NCBI RefSeq assembly: GCF_963921235.1
Contig: NC_086098.1
Location: forward strand, 208,444,001-208,508,000
Source: Mobula hypostoma
Lineage: Eukaryota
DNA length: 64,000 nucleotides
Reading direction: 5' to 3'
Shown: positions 25,011 to 37,899 of the stretch, piece by piece
How positions within the stretch are numbered: the first letter of the stretch is position 1
How the letters are laid out: every line of letters starts with the position of its first letter
Translations under genes and position numbers: made by a program
Notes under the pieces: model-generated
Seen by the model: the letters and a program-made list of their open reading frames with translations, nothing else
The model's database searches: none
What the model was told of the DNA's origin: nothing

Positions 25011-26117
25011 AGGCATTTGATAAGGTTCCCCGTGCAAGGCTCATTCAGAAAGTAAGAGGCATGGGATCCAAGGAGACCTTGCTTTGTGGATCCAGAATTG
25101 GCTTGCCCACAGAAGGCAAAGAGTGATTGTAGATGCTTTGTATTCTGCATGGAGGTGGTGACCAGTGGCGTTCCACAAGGATATTTTCTGGGACGCCTCC
25201 CCTTTGTGATTTTTATAAATGACCTGGATGAGGAAGTAGAAGGGTGGGTTAGTAATTTTACTGATGACACAAAAGTTGGGGTGTTGTGGATAGCCTGGAG
25301 GGTTGTCCAGGACATTGATAGGATGCAGAACTGGGCTGAGAAGTGGCAGATGGACTTCAATCCAGACAAGTGTGCAGTGGTTCATTTTGAAGACAAAATA
25401 TAATATTAATGGTAAGACTCTTGGCAGTGTGGAGGACGTGAGAGATCTTGGGGTCCATGTCCAAAGGACACTCGAAGCTGTGGCACAGGTTGACAGTGTT
25501 AAGAAAGTGTATGGTGTGTTAACATTCATCAACCATGGGATTGAGTTCATGTTACAGCTTTATAAGACCTTGGTCAGACCCCACTTGGAGTGTTCACTTC
25601 TGGTCATCTCACTACAGGAAGGATATGGATACTATAGAAAGGGTGCAGAGGGGCTCTACAAGGATGTTGACTGGATTGGGGAGCGTACCTTGTGAGAACA
25701 GATTGAGTGAACTCGGCCTTTTCTCCTTGGAGTGACGGAGGATGAGAGGTGATCTGATAGAGGTGTATAAGATGATGAGGGTCATTGATCATGTGGATAG
25801 TCAGGGGCTTTTTCCCAGAGCTGAAATGGCTAACACAAGAGGACACAGTTTTAAGGTGCTTGGAAGTAGGTACCAGGGGATGTCAGGGTTCAGTTTTTCC
25901 ACAAAGAGAGTGGTGGGTGTGTGGAATGCACTGCTGCTGGTGCTGGTGGAAGTGGATACAATGGGGTCTTTTAAGATAGGTACATGGAGCTTAGAAAAAT
26001 AGAGGGCTATGCGCTGGGGAAATCCTAGGCAGTTTCTAGAGTAGGTTACATGCTCGGCACAACATTGTGGGCCGAAGGGCCTGTAGTGCGCTGTAGATTT
26101 CTATGTTCTATGTTCTA
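25011..26117 (+). mobile_element. CR1 LINE 3' portion ending ~400 bp upstream of the RNF114 ATG
   Basis: AFDKVP, VTSGVPQG, FTDDTKVG, LYKTLVRPHLE, RGDLIEVYK; tail (TTCTATG)n. Confidence 0.9.
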
Positions 26118-26379
26118 ACGCTTTCTTGTCATTGTTCAGGACAAGAAAAAAATGCAGTCCCTCTTCATTCAGGGCAAACAGCATGTTGGCAATTCAGTTA
26201 CTAAAAACACAATGGCTACTTTTAAAATAGGACTGAGTTATTTAGGGTGACATCTAAGTATGTTTGTTACAATCATGGACTCCCGAAGCTGGAACGTTCC
26301 CTTGCAAAAAGAGGTTGAATGCATACAGGAGGTGTTTGCTCTCATTCATCATATACGATCATATGAAATAACTCCTGAT

Positions 26380-26520
26380 CATTTGTAATCGATATTGTCC
26401 CCGTAGCTTGGCCGATTACAACTGCACGGTTTTGCTACTTTATCTCATGTGTTGAAGACCCGCTCCGCCTCCAGTTGACGTCTGCCATTTGCGGAAACAG
26501 ACCGCAGTAGAAATGGCGAT
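26380..26520 (+). promoter_or_regulatory. RNF114 proximal promoter
   Basis: CpG-containing stretch just before the ATG: GC-box-like CTCCGCCT, CRE-like TGACGTC, ETS-like GCGGAAA, and YY1-like AAATGGCG overlapping the start codon. Confidence 0.5.
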
Positions 26521-26640
26521 GAATTTTGAAGAGGACGCATCACGTCCTAATGAAACAGGAGGGGATGACAAAGAAGCTTTAACCTGCCCCGTTTGCTTAG
26601 AAATTTTTGAAAATCCAATGCGAATTGAATGTAACCATAT
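26513..26640 (+). CDS. RNF114: RNF114 exon 1 (start of C3HC4 RING)
   Basis: ATG in aaATGG context; MAMNFEEDASRPNETGGDDKEALTCPVCLEIFENPMRIECNH; donor AT|GTAAGT at 26641. 128 nt, not in the ORF track. Confidence 0.93.
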
Positions 26641-27299
26641 GTAAGTAACAATTTTATGTTTTTTTTCTCTTAAACACGTCTTGATTGGTAGCCAGCTTGG
26701 AGGTTCCTTTAAACTTGCCGAAATATATTTATCTGTGGGAGAAAATTAACGACAGTCTGCTTTCTTCAGTGGATCTTTAAAGCTAAAATATAACATTCAG
26801 TATGTTGCAGTGAGTGCGCTAATATGTCAGTATCGTTTTATGATCTATTAGGTTTACAAAGGATTCGGGGAACTGGAATTTCTTCTCTTTTTCTGTTTCC
26901 GCTCTGTAAATCCTAAGACAATATTATTTCTTCTTCTTCTTACAGAAACATCATTTAGTTACGGGTATACTAAATATTTAAAATTCGCTGCAGCCGGATC
27001 AATGATCTAGTTGATTTTGGTTTCGACGCATTTGAAACTATGGAATACTTCAATCGCATTTTCATTTTACCACGCAACATCCTGAAAGCTGGTGACTCAT
27101 TTTAGTGGCTGTATTTTGCATATAAGGCTATAAGTAGGACTTGATTTTTCGACATTTTATTTTTGGATCAGTTCTGGATTGTTCCTTGGAAAATTTGTGT
27201 ATATCTATTTTACTTTCACTTTCTGAGCTATCACGAGAGGCTGTTGGGTGGTTTTCTCTGGAGCGTCGGGACTCGGGAGTCTGAGGTGGAGATCTCTGA

Positions 27300-27471
27300 G
27301 CAGCACATATAAAATGCTGGAGGAACCCAGCAGGCCTGCCGAAGGGTTTCGGCCTGAAACGTCGACGGTACTCTTTTCCATAGACACTCCCTGACCTGCT
27401 GGAGTTCCTCCAGCATTTTGTGTGTGTGGCCCGGATTTCCAGCATCTGCAGATTTTCTCTTGTTTGTGATG
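27300..27471 (+). mobile_element. Penelope pLTR-derived partial fold-back insert inside a CR1 3' fragment (~27250-27780)
   Basis: 12-bp TSD GGAGATCTCTGA (27288-27299 / 27472-27483). Hammerhead core mutated (CTGCCGA). Confidence 0.8.
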
Positions 27472-28151
27472 GGAGATCTCTGATAGAGGTTTGCAAGATT
27501 ATGAGAGGCATAGGTAGGGTGGATAACCCTGTTTCGCAGGGTTGAAATGTCTAATACCAGAGAGCATAGATTGAATGTGGGGGGGGGGTTATTTCCAGGG
27601 GTCAACCATACCTGGTGTGGTGGGAGAGGCAAATATACTAGAGGCTTTTAAGAGATGTTTGGATATGCAGATGGAGGGATTAGTGTTTGGGTGCTTTTGA
27701 TTTGCTTTTTAGCTGGTTTGGCAAAACATTGTGGGCTGAATGGCCTATTCCTGTGCTGTACTGTTCTATATTCTATGTCACTTTCTGCTATTGAAACAAA
27801 ATTGGTAATGACAGGAACAGGTGGAATAATGTTAGATCCACCAACCTGTCCACACTATCTGGGCTAGATGTGGATTGACCCCACTGAGCCTCCAGTCTCT
27901 GGAGGTATTTAAACAGGTATAAGAAATCATCATGGGGCATTCTACTGAGGCGACACACCCTACTTTTTACAGTAGGTGGAGGTGGGAGTAGAACATTATC
28001 TGTTTCGGTATCCATGTATTTGCAGTCAGGAATGAAAATGGGCATGAGCAAAATTGCAATGCCTAAATAGAACAAATCGTGTTATCATTGGGGTAGGGGC
28101 TCACATACACCAGACCAATGCAGGTTTAAAGGTGAAACTTACAGAAAACAG

Positions 28152-28422
28152 TATGGTAGCATAGTGGCTGGAATAAAGCTTTACAGTACTAGCTATCCGG
28201 GTTCAATTCCTGCTGTTGTCTATAACGATTTTGTATGTTCTCCCCATGACTGCGTGGGTTTCCTCTGAATGCTGTAGTTTCCTCCCACAGTCCAAAGTCA
28301 TACTGGCTGAAAGGTTAATTGGTCATTGTAATTTGTCCCATGATTAGGTTAGGGTTGTTGAGTGGCACACCTTGAAGGGCTGGAAAGGCCTACACCATGC
28401 TGTATCTCAATAAATAAATAAA
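28152..28422 (+). mobile_element. V-SINE copy
   Basis: B-box GGTTCAATTCC, V-domain GCGTGGGTTTCCTCTGAATGCTGTAGTTTCCTCCCACAGTCCAAAG, (AAAT)n tail. Confidence 0.75.
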
Positions 28423-28894
28423 TCCTGTGTGACATTCTCATATCCCCTCACATGTTTTTTCTCATTTCCCAGTTTCTTTCTGTCGATATCTTCTGCCTCC
28501 TATACAAATCAGAATGCACCCTGTTCCAGAAAACCAAAATTTCTCTTCACCTCCCCACCTCACCATTTGTCCTTCATCCTGCCATCTCTCTTACTCTCTA
28601 TCCCTTTCCTTCCATCTCTTTTGCCAGTGAACTCTTCCCTCCAGCCCTCCTCTCTATCTACATTTCAACCTGACTTCCCTGGGTTTGTCCATCGAGCCCT
28701 TTGATTTATTGGTTCTTAAGATTATGTCTCAAAAGTAGTGGTGCCTTCTTCATGTCTTGCATTTATACAATTAATGCTATCCATTCTCCTTTGAATTGTT
28801 AATCTTTCGAAGATAATTTTGACTTTCATCGTCTACAATGCTATTTCGTGACTCACTTACTACTTGTATAGTTACTCAAAAAATACTTTTAACT

Positions 28895-29108
28895 AGCAAC
28901 ATACACAAAATGTTGGAATAACTCAGAAAGTCAGGCAACATCTACGAAGGGGACTAAGCAGTTGACATTCAGTCTGAGACCCTTCATCAGCACAGACCTG
29001 ATGAAGGGTCTAGGCCCAAAATGTTGGCTGTTTATTTCCCTCCATAGATGGTGCCTGACTTGTTGCACGTTCCTCAGAATTCCCAGAATCTGCAGAATCT
29101 CTTGCGTG
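28895..29108. mobile_element. Older Penelope pLTR fold-back with two degenerate hammerhead cores
   Basis: Imperfect inverted repeat centred on GACCCTTCATCAG-cacagac-CTGATGAAGGGTC (28978-29010). Ends ~100 bp before RNF114 exon 2. Confidence 0.7.
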
Positions 29109-29211
29109 TATATCCTTTTAATTGACATTTTGGTGCCATTATTGAATAACTGATTCTGATTGTACATTAACTTTTCAAACTCAAGTAAAATGCAATCTTG
29201 TTTATGTGTAG

Positions 29212-29362
29212 ATTTTGCAGCAATTGCCTATCTGCACTACAGAAGCCAAAAAAGCCGATTTGTGCTGTATGTCGCTTTCCTCTGAAAGGTGCAACTCGAG
29301 CTATTGAAATTGAGAGGAAATTAGAAGTAACTCTTACAAGCTGCAGTGGTTGTGGAACTCAG
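29212..29362 (+). CDS. RNF114: RNF114 exon 2 (rest of RING, start of C2HC finger)
   Basis: Acceptor tgtgtag|A; (I)FCSNCLSALQKPKKPICAVCR...SCSGCGTQ; donor CAG|GTCGGT. 151 nt, phase-compatible. Confidence 0.93.
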
Positions 29363-29929
29363 GTCGGTGTTGTCTTTTTCGATGGTTTCAACAGAGAGAC
29401 TGGATGAATTGATTACTCTGGTTCACTTTATTGACTTGTGCATTTAATATTTTGGAAGTAAATTATACCTCAGCGGGTTACAAGATGATTGTCATCCACT
29501 TTGAGTACAGGATATGTTTTCTCATCATAAGGCCTAAAAGATAATGACACCATTCGTTTTTACAGGATTAATTTTTAAAAATAACAGGCCATAACATGTG
29601 TGTCTGGATGCCTCTAACCATTTTATCCAAGAAGGGCTGGCAAACCCTCAAGAACCAGAGTCGTGTTTCACTAAAACTGAGCCACGCGGAAGCTATAACT
29701 GGGAAATGTATATTAAAAAAACTTCATTTACACAACAAACCTACATGAGAGGAGGAGAGAGAGAGAGAAAACCAAGAGCATCTCAGTCTCCCAGAACAAT
29801 GTTTTGTACCTTTTGAGCACAAAGATAAAAAATAAATGATTAACTGCAGTTTTAATTGCTATAATTAGCAACTTAACTTTAACATTTGTGTTTTAGTCAG
29901 GTAGATTTACAGTTATGTATTTATAATGG

Positions 29930-30687
29930 CAACACATCCCAACCAGCAGAACCCTTTTGAAATATTTACTGCGGTGTCTGTTCCAAAAGCCTCAGGGCAA
30001 ACTGCAGATACCCAAATACCTCTTTTGTAGCAGACATCCCACATCTCCCGGAAATTCCAGGAGTCTCCTGCATATTATTAGTGACTCCCTGATGCCCGCA
30101 AATTATATACAATGTCATGGAAATCAATTTTTTTGAGAGCGAGCGATAGAGCCCGAGAGAGAAAGCAAAAGAGAAAGCGCGAGAGCGACCATGAGAGAGA
30201 TCGAGAGCAAGCGAGAGAGGGGGGGACGGGGAGAGAGAGAGAGAGAAATAGGGAGAGAGCGCGAGAGCAAGCAAGCGAGAGCGCGCGAGCAAGAGAGAAA
30301 GCAAGCGAGAGAGAGAGAGAGAGAGAGTGAGCGAGAGCACGCCATGGGAGAGTGTTCCAAAAAAAGAAAGTATAAATCGTACTTCACCCCAGACTACCCT
30401 AAAGTGAACCCCTGTCTAATAGGGGTCAAAAATAATGACAGTGTTGCTCGCTGCGCTGTTTGCAACAGTAACTTTACTATTGCCCATGGTGGGTTAAGAC
30501 TGTAAAAGACATGTTGAGGTGAGTTTAACAGGTGTCATTTGTTCATTAGCTTAGCTAACGTTATTTAAACTAGCTGGCTGGCTGCTAAGGAGCTACTCTA
30601 TTGCAGACATCCCACCTCTCCCGGAAGTCTCCCGCAAATTGATGGTGCTACCTCCCTGAAATGAGTTTTTGCAGGGTGGGATGTCTG
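29930..30687 (+). mobile_element. Internally deleted hAT-like DNA transposon remnant with (GA)-rich tract
   Basis: Imperfect terminal inverted repeats (ACATCCCAACCAGCAGAA / TTTTGCAGGGTGGGATGT), subterminal repeats GCAGACATCCCAC.TCTCCCGGAA at ~30030 and ~30603, BED-finger-like MGECSKKRKYKSYF...ARCAVCNSNFTIAHGG. Confidence 0.55.
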
Positions 30688-31137
30688 TGATAGTAATGAA
30701 GGATGGCTAACCAGAAGGTTGAATGACAAAATAGATCTGTCCTGAACTGTGCCTTAAGTGGTAGAGATACATATTTAATACTGTGTTAATAGCAGGCACA
30801 GTCATCTATTATCTTTCTGTATTTAGTTTCAATGGGACTGTATCTGAATGCTCACACCCAATAATTGAGTTCACTAGCAAAAAGTATCAGAAGTTAAATT
30901 ATGTGTAGTTTTTTTCTCTGAAGGCTGATTCACATTTTAATTAATTTCATAACCTCAGAATGAGCCCTGGCAGCCTAAAGATTATTAAATGGCGAGTACC
31001 TTTTTTAAAGGGTTAGCAACTTTGCATCCACTGTCTCATGCATCAGTTCTGATTTCAAAAATAATGATGAAGAACGGCTCCAGTTCCTACGCTTAATTTG
31101 TTCCATTAATGATCCAAAGAAATAAGCAAATTATCAG

Positions 31138-31722
31138 GCAACACACATAAAAAATGCTGGTGAACGCAGCAAGCCAGGCAGCATCTATAGGAAGAGGTAC
31201 AATCGACGTTTCGGGCCGAGACCCTTCGTCAGGACTAACTGAAAGAAGAGATAGAAAGAGATTTGAAAGTGGGAGGGGGAGATCCGAAATGATAGGAGAA
31301 GACAGGAGGGGGGAGGGATGGAGCTAAGAGCTGGAAAGTTGATTGGCAAAAGGGATACGAGGCTGGAGAAGGGAGAGGATCATGGGATCCTCTGGGCTCC
31401 CCTCCCCCTTTCTTTCTCCCTAGGCCTCCCGTCTCATGATCCTGTCCCTTCTCCAGCCTCGTATCCCTTTTGCCAATCAACTTTCCAGCTCTTAGCTCCA
31501 TCCCTCCCCCTCCTGTCTTCTCCTATCATTTCGGATCTCCCCCTCCCACTTTAAAATCTCTTTCTATCTCTTCTTTCAGTTAGTCCTGACGAAGGGTCTC
31601 GGCCCGAAACGTCGATTGTACCTCTTCCTGTAGATGCTGCCTGGCCTGCTGCGTTCACCAGCATTTTTTATTTGTGTTGCTTGAATTTCCAGCATCTGCA
31701 GATTTCCTCGTGTTTGCGTAAC
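31138..31722. mobile_element. Young Penelope pLTR fold-back (two inverted copies, each with an intact hammerhead core)
   Basis: 11-bp TSD CAAATTATCAG (31127-31137 / 31723-31733). ~245-bp arms 31138-31384 and ~31436-31680 are near-perfect reverse complements. Confidence 0.9.
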
Positions 31723-32258
31723 CAAATTATCAGAATACTCTGTGATCCACACTTCTGCTTTTATCCATATCATGGCAAATATAAGAGAAATATAACCATT
31801 GTAAGTCCAAAGAAATGTATATAACTTTGTTTAAGCCACCACACTTATATTTTCTAGCCAAACAGCAAATTTGTTGAATTACCTTGGCCATTGAGCTGGT
31901 GTTCATTCCCATTCAAGAAAATTGCAGGTGATTTGTGTCTTTTGATGCAGTATTTTAAAAATACTTTCAGTGTGTTTGATTCATCTAGCACCTTGCACAT
32001 TGTCAGAATATATCCAGTACAGCTAATATAGTAGTTGTATAACCAGCAATAACTGCTTGAATTTACTGTAAATTTGCATTTATTGTAGATTTGGTATTTA
32101 GGTTTGCAAACTGACATAGTACAAAAGTATTATATGCAGCAGGATATGTCAATCTGAAGGTAGTGACATTCTTAGGTGATTTTTCCAGCATTCTTGCAGT
32201 TTAACTCTGTGACTGTTTTTTCTTTAATGTTATTATTTTTGTTTTCAAATTGATCCAG

Positions 32259-32365
32259 GTTTACATGAATAAGTTGCGATCCCATAATGCATCATGTCCA
32301 AAATATCAGGACTTTATTTCGGAGGGAGTGAAAGCATCCATGAAAGATCAGCATCCCAGTCTTAG
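32259..32365 (+). CDS. RNF114: RNF114 exon 3
   Basis: Acceptor gatccag|GTT; VYMNKLRSHNASCPKYQDFISEGVKASMKDQHPSL; donor AG|GTGACT. 107 nt. Confidence 0.92.
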
Positions 32366-33324
32366 GTGACTATTTTCAAGTATTATGGCTTCTTTTTCAT
32401 TCTAAGTCACGACTATTAAACTATAATCTTATTTTGTTCTGTTTTGTTTTTTCAGAGGCAATATTTTCAAGATAATTTAAGCAAATAGACTGCAGTATTT
32501 ATTAGACTGAATTTTATGTTTGTTGCTTGATTGTTGGGCAATTGTCTTTTCATTGTTTAAAGAGGCCAAGAGTCCTTATAGTTATAAAGAAGATGATCCA
32601 TTCAGTATTAAAATAGATTTTGCTTGTCATGAAAAACCGCACTTCCGACATGGTCTACACTAGCTGTGAGCCATTGGGATGGTAAAAGAGAATGGAAATT
32701 GCATTTAAGCAGGCATGGGATGCCAGTGAACATATTTGACCATCTCCATGCATTATTGTGTCAGGTGCACAGAGGAGCCAAAAAGAAAATCACAAGACTT
32801 CTATCCTTATGGCAAATAGCCTTGAGTTTAAGCAAAGTTTTTATATATAAAAATTATACTGTGCCTCATATAAGCATTGTGCTATGTCAAAAGTTCTGTT
32901 GAGGTACAGCATTGTTATTAACACAAATACTGATTAAATTGAAATATAGATGGTACTGCTGAGAATACATATGAAATTTCACTTAATGTATTGAACACAC
33001 TAGAACTGGAATTAGTTGGAATTCAGAGAGTGACATAATAATAAGAGACTGGGCGGAGGTTGCATTGGAGCCAAGTCTATGCACTTTTTTTAGATTCACA
33101 TCCAGGAATATAAAGCTGGGGTTATTCTGTGATTATTGAGTGGCACAAGGTGCTCTACCCATTTTCCACCCCTTCAGACAATAAAAGCATCTAATGCTCT
33201 AACTACTGCAGCAGTAGAAATCATTTAATTCTGTACAGGTTGTAAATGAAGACTATACTTTTCCTCTGGTGGATTTTGTTATATGGTTTTTATAACTACA
33301 TACATTTTGCCTTTTTTTTTATAG

Positions 33325-33436
33325 CATGCCCAATCGATTTACATTTACTTGTCCATTCTGCAATGCAAAAAACTTGGACCAAGATAGCTTGGTTGAACAT
33401 TGTATTTCAAGCCATACTGGAGAATATGCAAAACGG
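33325..33436 (+). CDS. RNF114: RNF114 exon 4 (first Di19-type C2H2 finger)
   Basis: Poly-T acceptor tttatag|C; (S)MPNRFTFTCPFCNAKNLDQDSLVEHCISSHTGEYAKR; donor CGG|GTAAGA. 112 nt. Confidence 0.92.
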
Positions 33437-33908
33437 GTAAGATTTAACAAAGAAAACTTATCGAATGGGTTGACCCAAGATACTTTATTGCTATAATATC
33501 GCTCTTCCTTGAAGAAACAATTTAATTTTGGAGTATATAGTTTAATTATAATATTCAAATTTAACACAAAACTGCCCTTAGCTTGAGGTATGATGTAATT
33601 GGTGGCAATATATTTGCCCTCTAAGTCACCATGATATGATAAACTATTTTTAAGTGTCTTTATCTAAATATTGATGATGATTGAGTTCAGTTTGTAAAAA
33701 CAAAAGTTACATTTTAATTGATTTAGTAAATGTAAGACATTTTTTTGTAATCAATTCACTCAGGATTATTTAGAGCTCAGATCTATCCTGTTCTTGATTT
33801 GACAGCTGAAAATTGAGTACAACATTGTAGTGCATTTTTTAAATCCATGCTCTTAAAGTATAATTTTTCCATTGGCTACATAAGAATCAATTTAATCCAT
33901 TTCATTTG

Positions 33909-34231
33909 TGAGCATGTGGCCAAGTGGTTAAGGCATTGAACTAGCAATCTGAAGGTCGTGAGTTCGATCCCCAGCTAAGGCAGCGTGTTGTGTCCTTGAG
34001 CAAGGCACTTAACCACACAGTGCTCTGCGACGACACCGGTGCCAAGCTGTATCGGCCCTAGTGCCCTTCCCTTGGACAACATTGGTGTCGTGGAGGGGGG
34101 AGACTTGCGGCATGAGCAACTGCCTGTCTTCCATACAACTTTTGCCCAGGCCTGCTCCCTGGAGAGTGAAGACTTTCCAGGTGCAGATCCATCGTCTCGC
34201 AAAACTAACGGATGCCTTTATTTATTTATTT
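33909..34231 (+). mobile_element. tRNA-derived CORE-type SINE
   Basis: A box TGGCCAAGTGG, B box GTTCGATCC, CORE-like GTGTCCTTGAGCAAGGCACTTAACC, (TTTA)n tail. Confidence 0.75.
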
Positions 34232-34340
34232 AATCCATTTCATACACATTTTATGCTGTATTTCACCCGTTCTAAATGTTGACAAGATTATTATTTCAGT
34301 TGTGCCTTTTGTGTTAATATACATAATTCAGTGCCTACAT

Positions 34341-36006
34341 GTAGAAACCATAGAAACTACAGCACAGAAACAGGCCTTTTGGCCCTACTTGGCTGTGCCG
34401 AACCATTTTCTGCCTAGTCCCACTGACCTGCACACGGACCATATCCCTCCATACACCTCCCATCCATGTATCTGTCCAATTTATTCTTAAATGTTAAAAA
34501 AGAACCCGCATTTACCACCTCGTCTGGCAGCTCATTCCATACTCCCACCACTCTCTGTGTGAAGAAGCCCCCCCTAATGTTCCCTTTAAACTTTTCTCCC
34601 CTCACCCTAAACCCATGTCCTCTGGTTTTTTTGTCCCCTTGCCTCAGTGGAAAAAGCCTGCTCGCATTCACTCTATCTATACCCATCATAATTTTATATA
34701 CCTCTATCAAATCTCCCCTCATTCTTCTATGCTCTAGGGAATAAAGTCCCAACCTATTCAACCTTTCTCTGTAACTGAGTTTCTCAAGTCCCGGCAACAT
34801 CCTTGTAAACCTTCTCTGCACTCTTTCAACCTTATTTATATCCTTCCTGTAATTTGGTGACCAAAACTGAACACAATACTCCAGATTCGGCCTCACCAAT
34901 GCCTTATACAACCTCATCATAACATTCCAGCTCTTATACTCAATACTTTGATTAATAAAGGCCAATGTACCAAAAGCTCTCTTTACGACCCTATCTACCT
35001 GTGACGCCACTTTTAGGGAATTTTGTATCTGTATTCCCAGATCCCTCTGTTCCACTGCACTCCTCAGTGCCTTACCATTAACCCTGTATGTTCTACGTTG
35101 GTTTGTCCTTCCAACGTGCAATACCTCACACTTGTCAGTATTAATCTCCATCTGCCATTTTTTCAGCCCATTTTTCCAGCTGGTCCAAGTCCCTCTGCAG
35201 GCTCTGAAAACCTTCCTCACTGTCTACTACACCTCCAATCTTTGTATCATCAGCAAACTTGCTGATCCAATTTACCACATTATCATCCAGATCATTGATA
35301 TAGATAACAAATAACAATGGACCCAGCACTGATCCCTGTGGCACACCACTAGTCACAGGCCTCCACTCAGAGAAGCAATTCTCTATCACCACTCTCTGGC
35401 TTCTTCCATCGAGCCAATGTCTAATCCAATTTACCACCTCTCCATGTATACCTAGCTACTGAATTTTCCTAACTAACCTCCCATGCGGGACCTTGTCAAA
35501 GGCCTTACTGAAGTCCATGTAGACAATATCCACTGCCTTCCCTTCATCCACTTTCCTGGTAACCTCCTCGAAAAACTCCAATAGATTGGTCAAACATGAC
35601 CTACCACGCACAAAGCCATGTTGACTCTCCCTAATAAGTCCCAGTCTATCCAAATGCTTGTAGATTCTGTCTCTTAGTACTCCCTCCAATAACTTACCTA
35701 CTACCGACGTTAAACTTACTGGCCTATAATTTCCCGGATTACTTTTCGATCCTTTTTTAAACAACAGAACAACTTGAGCCACTCTCCAATCCTCCGGCAC
35801 CTCACCTGTAGACAGCGACATTTTAAATATTTCTGCCAGGGCCCCTGCAATTTCAACACTAGTCTCTTTCAAGGTCCGAGGGAACACCCTGTCAGGTCCA
35901 AGGGAATTTATCCACTTTAATTTTCCTCAAGACAGCAAGGACCTCCTCCTTTTCGATCTGTACAGTTTCTATGATCTCACTACTTGTTTCCCTTAATTCC
36001 ATAGAC
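34341..36006 (-). mobile_element. Young 5'-truncated CR1 LINE (RT domain nearly intact)
   Basis: ORFs 35456-35887, 35141-35437 and 34414-35220 give GNYRPVSLTSVVGK, YMDFSKAFDKVPH, SGVPQGSVLGP, FADDTK, LYKALVRPNLEY with only about one stop and one frameshift. Confidence 0.95.
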
Positions 36007-36059
36007 TGTATGTTGAGCTAGTAGCTGTTCAGATAAAAATTAATGAAAAAATACAAAGC

Positions 36060-37882
36060 TGAGTATATAACAGAAGAGGTTTCCAGTTGGGATGAAAGTT
36101 TCCAAGGGTTATTATTGGTGCCCACATTTATAGTTCAGATTTACCTGGATTTGGGTGATGGATTGAATTTAATTTAAGGCAATAATGACCTTCAAAAGGT
36201 CTAAGACACTGGGCTACAACGTAATGTAGTGAAGTGGTATAGTTTAGTAAGGAGAATGGGAAAAGCATTATGTGATACCATTTTCTAGGATCTAAGAAAT
36301 ATGGGAATATTTGGGATGCACATGCACCTCATATTGCAGATACTGTTTAAGAGGTACACGGGATTGAGAATTTCTAAAGGGTATTTTGGTTACAGAAAGC
36401 ATGGAAATTGTGAAAAACCTTAATATAAAAGATTAGTCATGATACGTCTGGAGTATTGTGTGCAATGTTTGCTGTTGTACTCTTGAAAGAATGACAAGGC
36501 CTTAGAGGGTCTCTAGTGGAGACCTACCAGAATGATGGCAGGTTTTAGAAATTTTAGTTAGATAGGGGGAAAATATGAGTAACTGAGGTTGTTTTCCTTC
36601 ATGCAGAAAAGGATAGCAAAAGTTTGATAGAATTGCATCAGAATTTTTGGATTTAAAAATGGATTAAGAAGGAGAAACTTTCTGCCGGCAGATGGACACG
36701 ATCTTATTGAATAGCATAGCAAACTCCAAGGACGGAATGGCCTATTTCTCAATGGTTCTTGACGTGGATTTTAATTACTAATAGACATACAACTAGGTAA
36801 CTAGTTGATTAACCCAAGAATAATTTCTTGGCCCCATTAGTTGAAAACCTGGAAGAACGAACAATAATCAATGTTTCCAGATTTGTAGATAATACGAAAA
36901 TGGGTGTTTTGAGAGATGTACTGGGATTCTGCACTGGGGTATGGTTTGAGTGTGTGAGCAAAAGACTGACAAATGGAGTTTAACAGATAGAAGTGTGAGG
37001 TCATACATTATGGTAAGAATTAAAAGGCAGGTTATTATCTGGATTGAGAGAAGCTACAAGTGAGTGAAATACAGAGGAATCTAAATGTTCTGATAAGTTA
37101 ATTGTAAAAAGTTAGCAGACAGGTCCAACAAGTACTTGAGCCAAATGACACTCTGGTCTTTATTGCATAGAGGTTGGAGTTTAAAAATAAGAGAGGTATT
37201 GTTACAGTAGTATAGCTGGAATACTGTGCACATATTTAGTCCTCTTGCCTAAATGAAAAGATACGGTAACATTGGAAGCTGTACAGAAGGGATTCGCACT
37301 GCTAATTCCTGGGCTGTGAGGGTTGTCCTATCAAAAGAGTCTACAGTAAATAGCTTGGACCTGTATTCTTTGCAGTTAGAAGAATGAAGGGTGGCCTTAT
37401 TCACACATATGAGATCTTGTGTGTGATCTTATCGAGGAAACATATCCTTGCCAATATTCCAGCAGAATACTTATCTTTGCATGTCTCTAATTTTGCAGGA
37501 AATTGCTGGAAGTTAATCAACTTCAGTGTATTGGAACTTAAACTGATCCTTTGCTCTTCACACATCTTTGCAATTGACTTCTTTAAAGATCTCTGAAAAA
37601 GACTACTGTGCAATTCCTGTGTCTTTGGTTTTTGGTTAAGTTGAAAGGGGAAAGTTTAAAAAGGACCCAAGGAGAAATTTCCTCACCCAGAGGGTGGTGG
37701 GTAGACGGAACAAGGTGCTAGAGGAAGTTGTAAAGGTGGGTACAATTATAATGTTTGATATATCTTGGCAAGTATATGGATGGAAAAGGTTGTGAGGGAT
37801 ATGGGCCAAACATGGTATATGAGACTAGCATGGGTGAGTTGGGCTGAAGGGCCTGGTTGCCTGCTGTATAGCTACTATTGTG
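36060..37882 (+). mobile_element. Cluster of old CR1 fragments in RNF114 intron 4
   Basis: Degenerate FVDNTK, LEYC, GLYSLQLE, TQRVVG.WN motifs. The last CR1 tail (GGGCTGAAGGGCCTGGTTGCCTGCTGTATAGCTACTAT) ends ~20 nt before exon 5. Confidence 0.7.
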
Positions 37883-37899
37883 CTCTTATTTCTTCCAAG

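Noticed and set aside
29966-30505. Low-complexity SL/RE-repeat ORFs
   Set aside because: Translations of a (GA)n-rich tract. Only the BED-like tail is meaningful, as a transposase remnant.
31235-31554. Mirror-image ORFs MELRAGKLIGKRDTRLEKG on both strands
   Set aside because: A by-product of the inverted repeat, not coding.
33909-33985. tRNA gene
   Set aside because: A/B boxes are present, but the sequence continues into a CORE domain and repeat tail with no closed acceptor stem. It is a SINE head.
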